A DNA stretch of 64,000 bases from Candidatus Peribacterales bacterium. Lineage in GTDB: Bacteria > Patescibacteriota > Gracilibacteria > Peribacterales > Peribacteraceae. Below the pieces are notes generated by a model. The model had not been told where the DNA came from. It did no database searches and worked only from the letters and a program-made list of their open reading frames with translations. Position numbers and translations under genes: made by a program. The stretch covers positions 181,488 through 245,487 of the forward strand of contig JAGVDM010000006.1 in assembly GCA_020058765.1 (NCBI GenBank). Direction: 5' to 3'. This document shows positions 33,732 to 44,366 of the stretch, one piece after another (positions within the stretch are counted from its first letter, which is position 1; each line of letters begins with the position of its first letter).

Positions 33732-34299
33732 CCCCATTGTCGTGAATATCGGGTGGAAGCTCTTCTTCTAGCTTGCGTAATGCGCGAAACTTGAGCGTTC
33801 GTACTGAACCCTCACTCGTTCGCATCACACGTGCGACCTCACTCCCTGGCAAATCTGCCACGTACGAAAGGTGCAGCACTTCACGATACCGGGATGGCAA
33901 ACGATCCATGGCACCGCGCATGGTTTTGAGCAAATGCTGGCGCTTTACGCGGGCTTCAGTGCGATTGAATGCATCTTCATCGGGCAGATCCTCAGACACC
34001 TCCTCCCAATCACGGCGCTTGCGGTAGGTATCAATCACGGTGTGCCGCACAATACGGAACAACCATGCGCCAAATGGAATACCCTTACGCACATGGTAGG
34101 TGTGGATCTTCTCCCATGCCTTCACAAAGACATCTGCCACCGTGTCCTCACACACTTCGCGCGGCAAACGAAACGCCGCGTAGCGATACACGGAATCGAA
34201 GAAGTGGTCATAGAGTTGACCAAACGCCTTCGTATCACCCTCCTGCGCCTGAGCGACGAGGGCAATAATCTGCTCTTCGGTGAGAGGCTTTGCTTGCAC
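33727..34299 (-). CDS. ECF RNA polymerase sigma factor
   Basis: AQEGD..AFGQLYD, EDTVADVFVKAW, FGAWLFRI...ID.YR and region 4 LP..YREVL.L...EVA..M..SEGSV...RAL.KL. Confidence 0.93.
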   Translation of the reverse strand: MQAKPLTEEQIIALVAQAQEGDTKAFGQLYDHFFDSVYRYAAFRLPREVCEDTVADVFVKAWEKIHTYHVRKGIPFGAWLFRIVRHTVIDTYRKRRDWEEVSEDLPDEDAFNRTEARVKRQHLLKTMRGAMDRLPSRYREVLHLSYVADLPGSEVARVMRTSEGSVRTLKFRALRKLEEELPPDIHDNGV

Positions 34300-34382
34300 G
34301 AAGGAAGCGGGCAGAAAAGGGAGAACAGTATACTACGAAATCGTCTTTCCCAAGAGGAAAACGCGGGAAAACCGAAAATGTT

Positions 34383-36170
34383 TCACTCCCATTCGATAGT
34401 GCCCGGCGGCTTGCTTGTAAGATCAAGGTAGACGCTATCGATCCCTGCAAGGGCGAGAATACGCTCAGTGATGCGACGCAGCACATCTGGAGGTAATCCG
34501 GCGGCATTCGCGGTCATAGCATCGATGGATTCCACGGGGCGAAGTACAACTGATTGACCACCATCGCTGGTGCCAAAAGGCACCAAAACAACGGGGAATT
34601 GCCATATACGCTTGGAAAGCGCCTCATCTGCCGCCAATTCTTCATTTACAATGGCATCTGCCTCACGGAGCAGATCCGCACGTTCGCGGGTGAGGTACCC
34701 CGGAGTGAATACGGCCTGTGTGGGCTGGGAATGTGACAGGCAGAGCAGTACACGACTGACACGTGGATTTGCATTGGGAATGGAAACAGAGAGCGCATGG
34801 TAGGACTCCGGAGGCGTGAAGGGATCTTCTGTGAATAGAGATACCGCATGACGATATGTGCGGCCATCGCCCTGCACGCCTACAGACCGTACGGGCAGTA
34901 CTTGGTGGGGCACATCGAGAGTGAGCGTGACGTCGCTCGTAGGTTCTGGGGCAGCAGCACAGAGGATGCGCACTCCAAGGCCAGGGCCAGGGAACGGATG
35001 CCGCCACACGAGGGCATGTGGCAACCCGAGCTCTTCGCCGAGTTGGCGAACCTCGTCTTTGTACAGATCTTTGAGTGGCTCTATAACAAGCCCACGCTCG
35101 ATCATCCGCTGCACGGCTTCCACACGATTGTGGTGCGTTTTGATCTTATCTGCGTGCTTGGTAGCACCGGTTTCAATCGTATCGGGATAGATCGTCCCTT
35201 GGCCGAGCATCCAGCCGTCATCCATGACAAGACCCATATCTTCACTCACACGCTTCTGCACGGCGAGGAACGTATTACCGATGATCTGACGCTTCTCCTC
35301 GGGGGCGTACACATCTTTCAGATTGCCGAAAAATTCTTCAGCTGCGTCTTCGATGTGCAAATTGGTAATGCCCAAACGATCGAATGCATCACGAATCATT
35401 GCCACTTCGCCTTTACGCATGAGGCCGGTATCTACGAGCAAACCCTGCACACGTTTGGCACCAAGCACATCGTTGAGGAGGGTGAACGCAACGGTGGAAT
35501 CCACACCACCAGATACAAGCATAAACACTTTGCGATCGCCCACTTCTTTGCGGATTTCATCGGCAATGCGCTCTGCATATCCGGTCATAGACCATGGCTC
35601 CGCATTGCACAGATCTACGAATCGCTTGAGCATATCGAACCCGTGTTCCGTGTGCGTCACTTCGGGGTGGAACTGGAATGCGTAAAACTTGCGCGACTCG
35701 TCTGCAAACGCCGCGTTCACGCAGGCATCGGATGTAGCAATGCGCACAAACCCCTCGGGCAAACGTGCAGCTTCGTCGCCGTGCGACATCCACACTACGC
35801 AGCTTTCGCCACAATCACGAAGGATGGAACCGTTTCCTTCAATGCGAATCGGCGTACGCCCGTACTCTTTGGTAGTGCCCGCTTTCACCTCGCCACCGAG
35901 TGTCTGGGTCATCCAGTGCAAGCCATAGCAAAGACCGAGCACGGGAACACCAAGATCAAAAATCTTTGGATCGGCCTGCGGACTCCCTGGTTCATACACG
36001 CTCTGTGGTCCACCGGAAAGAATGATGCCCGCTGCACCCTTCAATTCTTTTGCTGGTGTTTCCGGCGGACGGATTTCCGCGAATGCGCCGAAGCGGCGCA
36101 CGCGGCTCGCAATGAGATGTGCGTACTGACCGCCGAAGTCGAGGATGACGATGCCGCGCGGGGCTTCCAT
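34383..36170 (-). CDS. guaA: GMP synthase (glutamine-hydrolysing)
   Basis: LDFGGQY, GLCYG, QFHPEV, SGGVDS, IKTHHN, HPFPGPGL and C-terminal KPPGTIEWE. Confidence 0.97.
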   Translation of the reverse strand: MEAPRGIVILDFGGQYAHLIASRVRRFGAFAEIRPPETPAKELKGAAGIILSGGPQSVYEPGSPQADPKIFDLGVPVLGLCYGLHWMTQTLGGEVKAGTTKEYGRTPIRIEGNGSILRDCGESCVVWMSHGDEAARLPEGFVRIATSDACVNAAFADESRKFYAFQFHPEVTHTEHGFDMLKRFVDLCNAEPWSMTGYAERIADEIRKEVGDRKVFMLVSGGVDSTVAFTLLNDVLGAKRVQGLLVDTGLMRKGEVAMIRDAFDRLGITNLHIEDAAEEFFGNLKDVYAPEEKRQIIGNTFLAVQKRVSEDMGLVMDDGWMLGQGTIYPDTIETGATKHADKIKTHHNRVEAVQRMIERGLVIEPLKDLYKDEVRQLGEELGLPHALVWRHPFPGPGLGVRILCAAAPEPTSDVTLTLDVPHQVLPVRSVGVQGDGRTYRHAVSLFTEDPFTPPESYHALSVSIPNANPRVSRVLLCLSHSQPTQAVFTPGYLTRERADLLREADAIVNEELAADEALSKRIWQFPVVLVPFGTSDGGQSVVLRPVESIDAMTANAAGLPPDVLRRITERILALAGIDSVYLDLTSKPPGTIEWE

Positions 36171-36276
36171 AGACACAAGGTACAGAAAGACTCAGGAAAA
36201 GTGGAGACAACACGCACCGGAAAAGAGAACGACAAGCATGTTTGACAGAACGAAATACTGGGTCTATGAATACACT

Positions 36277-36930
36277 ATGAGTGCAGTCGAAACCCTTCGA
36301 AATATCGTGAAAAAATGTGACGAACTGGACAGGCAGTTGCCAGACAGCGCACACAAGGCAGTCGACGTTGAATGCACATCAGAAGCACTGCTCACAAAAC
36401 CGCTAGAAACAGTACTGGAGCAATTGCACAATCGGATCCGGTCAATCCGCGCTGCGGCATTGAGCGCCCTTGCAGACATTGCAGAACCATACCAGGATCT
36501 GCTTGAAAAAAATCCACACGGCAAGCGCATTGTTGCGCTAGCTAGCAACCCAACAGCACCACTTGGTGCGAATGGAGATGCGATCGCAGCAGATCGCTCA
36601 GCGTTCTACCGTGAGCAGGTGACGGGCGCAGTTGTAAGTCACCAAAAGAAGGTGCAGCCGAATCTGAATAAGACCGCTACTCCACCACCAACGCAGAGTG
36701 CAAAATCTTTCCTCCCACAATTCATCACACGCCTGTGGAGCCAGCCATCACCCCATCCAGCAGCGGAATCCCCCAAGGGCGAAACAATCCTGCACCCAGA
36801 AATTGTAGCAATTGCAAACACTCTGGCAGAGACGGACGCGCGCGTGAATCAGGTACGAAGTGAAGCAAGGCATCTGCTCCTGCGCCATGCAGAAGCTATA
36901 GCTGCAAAGAAGAACGGCGAGGCGCATTGA
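36277..36930 (+). CDS. Hypothetical protein
   Basis: ORF fills the gap between guaA and the next gene; helical with a Pro-rich linker; start uncertain. Confidence 0.55.
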   Translation: MSAVETLRNIVKKCDELDRQLPDSAHKAVDVECTSEALLTKPLETVLEQLHNRIRSIRAAALSALADIAEPYQDLLEKNPHGKRIVALASNPTAPLGANGDAIAADRSAFYREQVTGAVVSHQKKVQPNLNKTATPPPTQSAKSFLPQFITRLWSQPSPHPAAESPKGETILHPEIVAIANTLAETDARVNQVRSEARHLLLRHAEAIAAKKNGEAH

Positions 36931-38299
36931 CCCACGCGGCTGCAAGCAACGCGAGTGTGTATGCCACTGCACTGTCTTCCCATGCATGAAGCACGAGTGC
37001 ACCGATGCTCACACCCATAAACGCGAGGAATGTCGCATACGCAAGATCGGAATGCGGAAGGGTGTTACGTAATGCTGCGATCAACAGGAGTGTGTACGCA
37101 ATAAAGAGCGCAAGACCAACCCACCCAAGCTCCACGCCAATTTGCAGGTACCAGCTCTCCGGAAGGAAGGGGCAATTGCATACTCGACCGGGCATATCTG
37201 CAGTAGGAGGTGGTGGCTGCACCTGCACGTCGCCAACGAACACGCACAGGTTTGGCCGATCTTGTGCCCAAGCTGCATCTGCACCAGCATCGAGATACAC
37301 GCATGTGTCGGCAATTCTGTTTTGCGCGGGGCCAGCTGCGCCAAGGCCAGCACCAAACGGCTGCTCCGTCATGCGCTGCACTGCAGCGAGCGGCCGCAAG
37401 ATGTGATCACGCGTAGATGCGCTGCGTAGAAGCACCTGGGGAAAGAGCAACATGCCAACGATGCCGCAACACAGAAGAACTCCGCCACCAATCAACGCTC
37501 TCTGTGCACGATGCTGTGGCTGCGTTGCACGCAGGAATACGATCACGGTAATCACTGCAGCAGCAAGCCACGAAGCACGTGAGAATGTGAGAGCAATTGC
37601 ACCACCAAATATGACCGTGCCGGCAATAGTGCGCACCTGCGGCATTCGCACAGTGGCAATGAGAGAGAGCGCATACGGCAGAAGGAGCCACATGCCCAAC
37701 TGATTGGGGCCGCTCATGGTGCTCTGCATTCTGCGAATGCCAAGAGCACCGATCTGCTGGAATGCAGCAACCGGGCCACTGGATACATAGAGCGAATGTA
37801 GATCGGAATACCCAAGCCACACGAAGAATGCCTGTGGAGCGACAAGCGTGAGTATTCCGTAGACAGCAACAAGCACGCCGACAGACAAAACACCCTTTGT
37901 TACCTGCGCAAAAAAACGCGTCGACCACTCGACACGTCGTACAAGGAAGAACGTGATGAGAGGGACAAAGTCATACCGAACACCAAGGGCGATTGCTTTG
38001 GGATTCCAGCCTGTGCGCAGGCTGACGAACACGGCTGTGAGTGCAAGTCCGAGGATGCAGAAATCCAACGGATCAAGCCGAAAGAACGATCGTACACCTC
38101 GTGACGCATGCTGAAACAGTTCGACGACTACGAGGAGGAGAATGACGGCAAGCACACACTCTTTCCACAGCGCGAGTGCACCGAGTGGTGGTTGCCCTGC
38201 ACCTGCAACCAGACGCGTTCCGACGGTGACGAAGAATGCATGCAGCGGCAGGAGCGTGAGCAGGAGGACTGCCAGAGCTTCACGCATGCGTTGTAGCAT
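36896..38299 (-). CDS. O-antigen ligase/Wzy-like polytopic membrane protein
   Basis: Many TM segments, R.QSTMSGPNQLG, LTFSRASW, S...H, P.G.GLG.AGPA and ESWYLQIGVELG..GL. Confidence 0.8.
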   Translation of the reverse strand: MLQRMREALAVLLLTLLPLHAFFVTVGTRLVAGAGQPPLGALALWKECVLAVILLLVVVELFQHASRGVRSFFRLDPLDFCILGLALTAVFVSLRTGWNPKAIALGVRYDFVPLITFFLVRRVEWSTRFFAQVTKGVLSVGVLVAVYGILTLVAPQAFFVWLGYSDLHSLYVSSGPVAAFQQIGALGIRRMQSTMSGPNQLGMWLLLPYALSLIATVRMPQVRTIAGTVIFGGAIALTFSRASWLAAAVITVIVFLRATQPQHRAQRALIGGGVLLCCGIVGMLLFPQVLLRSASTRDHILRPLAAVQRMTEQPFGAGLGAAGPAQNRIADTCVYLDAGADAAWAQDRPNLCVFVGDVQVQPPPPTADMPGRVCNCPFLPESWYLQIGVELGWVGLALFIAYTLLLIAALRNTLPHSDLAYATFLAFMGVSIGALVLHAWEDSAVAYTLALLAAAWVNAPRRSSLQL

Positions 38300-38301
38300 A
38301 G

Positions 38302-39621
38302 TTACCGAGGAAAGAGGCGCGCCTCCTCGGCGCGGAATACATCGCCAGAAGCGAGCACCTTTTCGACTGCATCCACACACTGAGCACTCACGTTCGACCC
38401 ATAGATCTTGGGTGCGCTGCGCATCTGCGGATTATCCCACGCGTATAAGATTGCCGACTTGATAGCGCCGCTCTCCACAGGAGGCGCAATGATATTACCG
38501 CCCGCCATACACGATTCACTGCGATCTGAACCGAATCGCAGAGTAACGCAGGGGACAGCCAATACATTCATTTCCTCCTGCATACTGCCGCTATCCGTGG
38601 CGCACACTGCCGCCTTACTCATGGCAGCAATCACATCCACATATTCCGGCCATACATCCGTGAAGATGAAGTTCTTGTGCTTACGCGCCATGGCCTGGAT
38701 ATCTTCCTCAAGACCGAACCGCGTGAGTGCGGCTTTCGTCTGATTCATGTTGATGAGCAGGACTGTGCGCCCCTCTTCGATGAGGGATTTCATCGCGCCG
38801 TAGATGGCGCGGAATCGCGACTCAGAAACACAATTCTCGCGACGATGAATGCAGAAGCGGACAAAATTCCCTTCTGCGAGTGCGGGATGCCGATCAAACA
38901 CCGTGGATTGATTGATGCGCGCAAGCGCTTCTTTCGTTGCATCTACAACAGAATTACCCACAACGAAGATGCGATCGTCAGGGAAGCCCTCGCTCAGCAT
39001 AAATTCCCGATCGAGCTCAACCGGAGCGAGGTGTACGCCCGTCCCCGCCTCGCTGCAGCGCGTATTGAACTGCTCAGGATACGGCTCCATGCTGCCACGT
39101 TTCCAGTGTATACGCTCCTGGAGGAATGTTCGCCATGCATCGGTGCCAATCGGTGCATCTCCCCATGCGGCAAAATCCGGTGTGAGCGTACGAATGCCCG
39201 CCTCCACGTGTACCGATGCAAACATATGGCAGTACCCCGCATTGCTCGCTGCCATTGCGGTAGTGGTATCGCCATGCACATACGGAATCACAACTTTTCC
39301 TCGCGTTTTCAATTCGCCAATCACATAGCCCAAGCGACCGATAATCTGGCTAACCACCTCGTGCATCTGACCGCGGACATTCAGATTGAAATCCGGCTGC
39401 ACGCCGAATTCCTTGAGCATTCCGCCGCTCAGGTTCTCATCGTAATGCTGACCCGTATGGCCAAGAATCGCCAAATGCCCACGAGCGACAAGCTCTTTGT
39501 AGAGCGGCACCTGTTTGATGATATCTGGCTTTGTAGCAATCAGAATCAGGTGCACATAGCGACTATCGCTGGCTGCGATATCATCGAAGAAAGATGATGA
39601 TTGATACGTGATTTCTTGCAC
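38302..39621 (-). CDS. wecB: UDP-N-acetylglucosamine 2-epimerase (non-hydrolysing)
   Basis: HTGQHYD, VHGDTTT, HVEAGIR, VVGNSVVDA, HRREN and TDSGSMQEE. Confidence 0.88.
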   Translation of the reverse strand: MQEITYQSSSFFDDIAASDSRYVHLILIATKPDIIKQVPLYKELVARGHLAILGHTGQHYDENLSGGMLKEFGVQPDFNLNVRGQMHEVVSQIIGRLGYVIGELKTRGKVVIPYVHGDTTTAMAASNAGYCHMFASVHVEAGIRTLTPDFAAWGDAPIGTDAWRTFLQERIHWKRGSMEPYPEQFNTRCSEAGTGVHLAPVELDREFMLSEGFPDDRIFVVGNSVVDATKEALARINQSTVFDRHPALAEGNFVRFCIHRRENCVSESRFRAIYGAMKSLIEEGRTVLLINMNQTKAALTRFGLEEDIQAMARKHKNFIFTDVWPEYVDVIAAMSKAAVCATDSGSMQEEMNVLAVPCVTLRFGSDRSESCMAGGNIIAPPVESGAIKSAILYAWDNPQMRSAPKIYGSNVSAQCVDAVEKVLASGDVFRAEEARLFPR

Positions 39622-39796
39622 GGAGGAAGGGTAGCAGCCGACGCACCCTGCTGCCATGCGAATTCCCACTTCGTCGGTGTCATTTGACCAGTCTGCCAAG
39701 CGGAAAATTGCAACTGGTGACCTGTGGGGTGCCTTCCGCATCGCCCGACGTTCGTGCGCCAGATTACAGTAACTGCACATTTCCCCTATCCAATAC

Positions 39797-40255
39797 ATGC
39801 GCCAACCCGGCACTCCCAATACTGAGCATGCCTTGTACTACCTCCACCATTCCCCGCTTACGCAGGACGAGCGTGGTGCGCTGAACGGCAAGTTCGAATA
39901 TGAATGGAGTGAACTTGTTGCAGTATCACGGGAAGCGTTTGCAGCACGCATGCGAGGGGTACAAGAAAAAATAGAGGAGCGCGGCATGCAGGCACATGTA
40001 GAAGGACCGCTCATTATTGAAGATGAAAAGGCAGAAGCGAAATCGCGCCACGATGTATGGCGCATGCGCATTCCCCAGGCAGAAATTGTGGATGTGCAAC
40101 ACCTCACACAACGCAGCGTGGGCACGCTCGTGGGCCCAATTGCAGAAGAGCAAACAGAATCCAAATCTGGCGCGGAAACCGTGCAGCAGATGCCCAAACG
40201 TGCGATGCAGAAGCCCGTGGGGGTACAAGTGATAACAGGCGAGCGTTGCGCATAA
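39797..40255 (+). CDS. Hypothetical protein
   Basis: 152-aa ORF in an otherwise empty interval; start uncertain. Confidence 0.45.
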   Translation: MRQPGTPNTEHALYYLHHSPLTQDERGALNGKFEYEWSELVAVSREAFAARMRGVQEKIEERGMQAHVEGPLIIEDEKAEAKSRHDVWRMRIPQAEIVDVQHLTQRSVGTLVGPIAEEQTESKSGAETVQQMPKRAMQKPVGVQVITGERCA

Positions 40256-40299
40256 ATACCGTTGTACTCCAATGCCGAAATCTATAGCCTCTGCCACCA

Positions 40300-40611
40300 A
40301 TGTCTACTGACGTTTCCGAAATGTATCAGGTGCTCCTGCAGGTGAATCCGCAGAATTTGCCCCCGCTCAATTCGGGTAATTTGGATGAGTACCAACAGGC
40401 CTATATGGCCGCAGTGGAGGGCATTGCAGACCACATTCGGAATAACTGCACAGACTTGGTGAAAGTGGCGGAGAGTAGATCGGGTGTGGGGGAAATATGT
40501 GTGGAAGGTACGGCGCAGAATATCCACGCACTTCTGCAGGATCCCGTACTACAGCTGCACGAGGGCAAAATCCCCGAGGCGCTATGGAGCACGCGACGGG
40601 AATATGAGTGA
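40300..40611 (+). CDS. Hypothetical protein
   Basis: 103-aa ORF with protein-like composition, ending next to the gpmI stop. Confidence 0.5.
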   Translation: MSTDVSEMYQVLLQVNPQNLPPLNSGNLDEYQQAYMAAVEGIADHIRNNCTDLVKVAESRSGVGEICVEGTAQNIHALLQDPVLQLHEGKIPEALWSTRREYE

Positions 40612-42126
40612 TTAACCCTGCATTTCCTCGGGCACCGGAATGCCAAGAATGCCCAAGCAAAGCGGTGCAATGTCTTTGAGCGTCTTCGCATGCTGTAGAT
40701 CCGCAGAGGATCGAATAACCGAGGGAGCGTGTACGAATGTTTGCACAGGATTCGTGGTATGGCTCGGGCTGATGGTCTTCCCATCCGGCAAAAGCATTTC
40801 TTCTGCATTGCCGTGATCGGCAGTCACGATCCAATCGTATCCGTGTGCCTCGAGAACAGGGAGCAGGCGCGCAAGGTTGCGGTCAACGGTTTCGCATGCA
40901 GTCACCGCAGCATCAATCCGACCGCCATGCCCCACAAGATCTGGGTTCGCATAGTTCATGATGATGCAGTCGTACGTCTCTTTTTCTACATTCTCAATCA
41001 CACGATCAGTAATGCCGTCTGCGCTCATTTCCGGCGCATCGGCGAAATTGGGCACCTTGGGAGACTCCACCATCAGGCGGTCTTCGCCAGCATACGGCTC
41101 ATGACGCTGCGCATTGAAGAAAAACGTCACATGCGCAAATTTGTCTGTTTCAGCGACACGCAGTTGCCGTAGCCCCGCATTGGAGAGCACTTCGCCAAAT
41201 GTATTCCGCACATCAGCAGGTGGAAAGGCGACGGGGAGATGATCGGAGTATGGCCCCATGCATACCACATCGCTCACGCGAACTGGACGGGGGAATTCTG
41301 TGAAATCCTGATCCTCCAGTGCGCGCACAATTTGAATCATGCGGTCACTGCGGAAGTTCACACATACGACTACATCGTTTGCGGAAATAGCATGGAATGC
41401 TGGCGTTTTGAGCGGACGAATATAGTAGTCTGTTTTTTGGCTTTCTGGAGCGGCAGAATACCACTCCTGTGCGCCAAGGCAGAGGTCATCGACTGTCACG
41501 CCTTCGCCTTGTGTAAGCAGAGCATAGGCAACGCGCGTACGGTCGACATACTGCTTATCACGATCCATGGCGTAGTAGCGACCAACGAGCGATGCCAAGA
41601 CACCGATCTTCTCATGGTGCATTTCTGTTTTGAGCAGATCGAAATCTGTACAGAAGTACTGCTCAGGCATGTCGCGACCATCGCTGAAAAGATGAAGGTA
41701 CACCTTGTCTATTCCATGTTTTTTGGCCAACTCCAGCATAGCGTGGAAATGCTCGGCATGACTGTGCACTCCCCCAGTGGAATACAGCCCAATGAGATGC
41801 AGCGGCACCCCCTTGGTCTTGGCGCGTTCACATGCAGCCGAAAGTACCGCATTCGAATAGAACGCACCGGAAGCAATTGCCTGGTGAATCTCTTCGAGCG
41901 GTTGCCAGACCACTCGACCCGCACCAATGGTGAGATGGCCGGGCTCACTGGCACCCTGCTGCCCCTCTGGCAACCCAACCGCATGCCCCGAGGCTTGCAT
42001 AATGCAGCTCGGCACCTCCTGTTCTAACCGATCCAATGTAGGCATTGCGGCCTGCAATCTCGCATTACCCGGCCCCGGAGGAGCGACTCCGAATCCATCG
42101 ATAATGATGAGGCATAGGCGCGGCAC
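40612..42126 (-). CDS. gpmI: 2,3-bisphosphoglycerate-independent phosphoglycerate mutase
   Basis: IIDGFG, VGLP.GQ.G.SE.GH..IGAGR, GRYYAMDRD, NFRSDR, NYANPDLVGH and TADHGNAE. Confidence 0.96.
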   Translation of the reverse strand: MPRLCLIIIDGFGVAPPGPGNARLQAAMPTLDRLEQEVPSCIMQASGHAVGLPEGQQGASEPGHLTIGAGRVVWQPLEEIHQAIASGAFYSNAVLSAACERAKTKGVPLHLIGLYSTGGVHSHAEHFHAMLELAKKHGIDKVYLHLFSDGRDMPEQYFCTDFDLLKTEMHHEKIGVLASLVGRYYAMDRDKQYVDRTRVAYALLTQGEGVTVDDLCLGAQEWYSAAPESQKTDYYIRPLKTPAFHAISANDVVVCVNFRSDRMIQIVRALEDQDFTEFPRPVRVSDVVCMGPYSDHLPVAFPPADVRNTFGEVLSNAGLRQLRVAETDKFAHVTFFFNAQRHEPYAGEDRLMVESPKVPNFADAPEMSADGITDRVIENVEKETYDCIIMNYANPDLVGHGGRIDAAVTACETVDRNLARLLPVLEAHGYDWIVTADHGNAEEMLLPDGKTISPSHTTNPVQTFVHAPSVIRSSADLQHAKTLKDIAPLCLGILGIPVPEEMQG

Positions 42127-42177
42127 AGGAGAAATGTATCATTGACGGAGTGAAAAGTGCTACACTTCAATACTACG

Positions 42178-42501
42178 ATGCAGATTCACGAGACTTCTCG
42201 CCGCACCTTTAGCGCAGTTGTCGTCCTGGCGATGATCGCCGGAACTGCCGTCATTATCGCCTTTGCACTGATCGCGAAGGCAACTCTCAACGTGCAGGCA
42301 GCGCTCACACATAAGCCAGATATCGCCGTACTGCTCCTTCTACAAGAAGAGGGCATCGCCGTCACCGACGCAGAATTGCTGCGCGATCTTGGTATGGAAC
42401 GCGACTACCTCCTAGAAACGGAAGAAGGTCCTATGTTCGCGAAGCTGCGCAAAACTGGAACCGAATGGCACTTGGCAGAGAAGACATCGCTGCGGGAATA
42501 G
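42178..42501 (+). CDS. Small single-TM hypothetical protein
   Basis: Hydrophobic segment FSAVVVLAMIAGTAVIIAFALIA followed by a soluble domain. Confidence 0.6.
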   Translation: MQIHETSRRTFSAVVVLAMIAGTAVIIAFALIAKATLNVQAALTHKPDIAVLLLLQEEGIAVTDAELLRDLGMERDYLLETEEGPMFAKLRKTGTEWHLAEKTSLRE

Positions 42502-42505
42502 CGGA

Positions 42506-43261
42506 TCACTGATCAGTAATCCCCTTGCCATACCGGAGCACGAGGAGTGGGAACACAATGACCGCATTCCACATTCGCTTCCAACGTGAGGGTTGCTGCA
42601 CAAATCGCCAGCACCATTCCAAGCCCGCTTTGCGCATCCATCGTGGCGCGCGCTTTGCTGTGCCGGCGAGGAAATCGAACGTGCCCCCAACACCAATAGC
42701 AACACGCACTGCTGGCAAGCGATGCATGTACTGTGCAATCCAGAGATCTTGTGATGGAGCCCCATAGGCAACAAGCAAGAGACGCGCATCGGATGCATTG
42801 ATCTTCTGGATGATTGCTTCCACTTCATGTGGAGCAGGACTCCCGGCATACGTACCGGCAATCACCAGCTTCGGAGAATGATCCTGCAATGCAGCGGCCG
42901 CTTTTTCGGCAACGCCAGGCTGTGCGCCAAGCAAGAATACGGAATGTTGTGCAGGCAAACGTGCGCAGAGTGCGGCAACGGTATCTGCGCCTGTCACGCG
43001 CTCTGGGAGCTGCTGCCCTGTGAGGCGTGCAGCAAGCAGGAGGCCTGTGCTATCTGGCAAATTGAGCGCCGTGCTCCGCAGCACAGCGCGAAAGGCGGCA
43101 TGCGAATGCGCTGTAACGAGCATCTCATTATTCGGCGTCATCACATGGTGCTGCGTATCACCAGCAAGCATGTCGAGTAGTCGCACAACTGCCTCCTCGC
43201 GAGTAACGGGATCGAGCGGAACACCAAGAAGGAAAACACGCGACAAAGACATAGCAGACAT
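42506..43261 (-). CDS. WecG/TagA/CpsF family glycosyltransferase (GT26)
   Basis: TPNNE, PDSTG, ERVTGAD, AYGAPSQD.W, GVGGTFDF and RAP.WMR..GLEW. Confidence 0.92.
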   Translation of the reverse strand: MSAMSLSRVFLLGVPLDPVTREEAVVRLLDMLAGDTQHHVMTPNNEMLVTAHSHAAFRAVLRSTALNLPDSTGLLLAARLTGQQLPERVTGADTVAALCARLPAQHSVFLLGAQPGVAEKAAAALQDHSPKLVIAGTYAGSPAPHEVEAIIQKINASDARLLLVAYGAPSQDLWIAQYMHRLPAVRVAIGVGGTFDFLAGTAKRAPRWMRKAGLEWCWRFVQQPSRWKRMWNAVIVFPLLVLRYGKGITDQ

Positions 43262-43288
43262 ATGAGAACGGTATAGTACACTACGGTT

Positions 43289-43999
43289 ATGCGGATACTG
43301 CTTCGCCGTTGGGTATTTGTGACGCCTCTGCTCCTGGCAGCATGCGCCATCACACCGCCACAAGCGCACAACGAGCTGATTGATCTGGCGAGTGACACGG
43401 CAACCGGTGCTACGCAGCAAAGCAGCGCCTCGGCGGACGTGGCAACTGCACTAGCACCACTTGAGGCAGCGGTACTCACCGGCACAGGAAATGAACGCCT
43501 GTTGCAGAGCGGCGTGTTCGAGCTTGGACCAGCAGATGCGGTAGTGACACTCACTGTGTTCACTGAATCGCACTGCGTCTACTGTAATGACTTTGTTCGC
43601 AATATGCTCCCATGGCTCCAGAGCGACTTCCCTGATTCGCTACGCGTGCGCATTGTGCCGGTAGTCCTCGCCAAATACCCCAACAGTACTTCTGCAGCGC
43701 AGGCGCTCCTCTGTGCAGGTACAACTGGCAGCGGCAGTGCAATGCTGCGCACGCTCGCTGAGCGAGAGAACAAGCACCGATCGTCGGTATTGGAATATGC
43801 AGAAGAATTGCATATTGATCCTGCGAGCTTCTCTGTGTGCATGGACGCAGAAATCACACAGGCAATGCTTGCAGTGCAAAAACAGGTGCAGCAAACGGCA
43901 GGAATTACATTAGTTCCAACATTCGTCATCGAGAATGACGTGCGCGTTGGGCTTCCGCTCTACGCAGATCTGCGCGGATGGATTGAATCACAATTGTAA
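43289..43999 (+). CDS. DsbA-family thioredoxin-fold lipoprotein
   Basis: Lipobox LLAAC, G..DA.VTL.VF...CVYC and GI..VPTF. Confidence 0.82.
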   Translation: MRILLRRWVFVTPLLLAACAITPPQAHNELIDLASDTATGATQQSSASADVATALAPLEAAVLTGTGNERLLQSGVFELGPADAVVTLTVFTESHCVYCNDFVRNMLPWLQSDFPDSLRVRIVPVVLAKYPNSTSAAQALLCAGTTGSGSAMLRTLAERENKHRSSVLEYAEELHIDPASFSVCMDAEITQAMLAVQKQVQQTAGITLVPTFVIENDVRVGLPLYADLRGWIESQL

Positions 44000-44002
44000 G
44001 AA

Positions 44003-44269
44003 TTACCGCGTCACTTTCACGATCTTGTGACGATCAGCCGCGCCAGCGAGAAGTTCCACGCTCGCGCGCGGCACACCGAAGATCTGCGCAACGCCACGGA
44101 GTAACTCCATATTTGCCTTTCCACCTTCTGGCGGCGCTGCGATGTCCATTTTAAGGCTGCCGTCATCGAGTACAGAAACCAGCCGCGTTTGCGGTGCATT
44201 GGGCCGCACGCGAACTGCGAAGCGTACTGTGCCCTTTGCCGCCAATTCCTCAAACAGATGCGCAATCAC
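44003..44269 (-). CDS. DUF167 (YggU) family protein
   Basis: VRVRPNA, AAPPEGGKAN.EL and G...RHK.V. Confidence 0.88.
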   Translation of the reverse strand: MIAHLFEELAAKGTVRFAVRVRPNAPQTRLVSVLDDGSLKMDIAAPPEGGKANMELLRGVAQIFGVPRASVELLAGAADRHKIVKVTR

Positions 44270-44366
44270 AACAATAGTGTACGGCAAATTTCTTGCAGAA
44301 AGTATAATAAACTATACATTGGCACTACGGTCTTTCTTTCCGCTCCCACACCTAGCGAGGTGCACC

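Noticed and set aside
34383..34385. Alternative genetic code (TGA=Gly, code 25)
   Set aside because: guaA ends with TGA exactly at the conserved TIEWE terminus, and conserved genes show no internal TGA.
34848..36245. 465-aa + strand ORF and similar long antisense ORFs (e.g. 58281-59495, 38677-39597, 18964-19779)
   Set aside because: Shadows opposite well-supported genes, with no motifs of their own.
39656..39796. Upstream in-frame ATG separated by one TAA from the 39797 ORF (possible pseudogene or readthrough)
   Set aside because: No recognisable homology on either side; compatible with chance.
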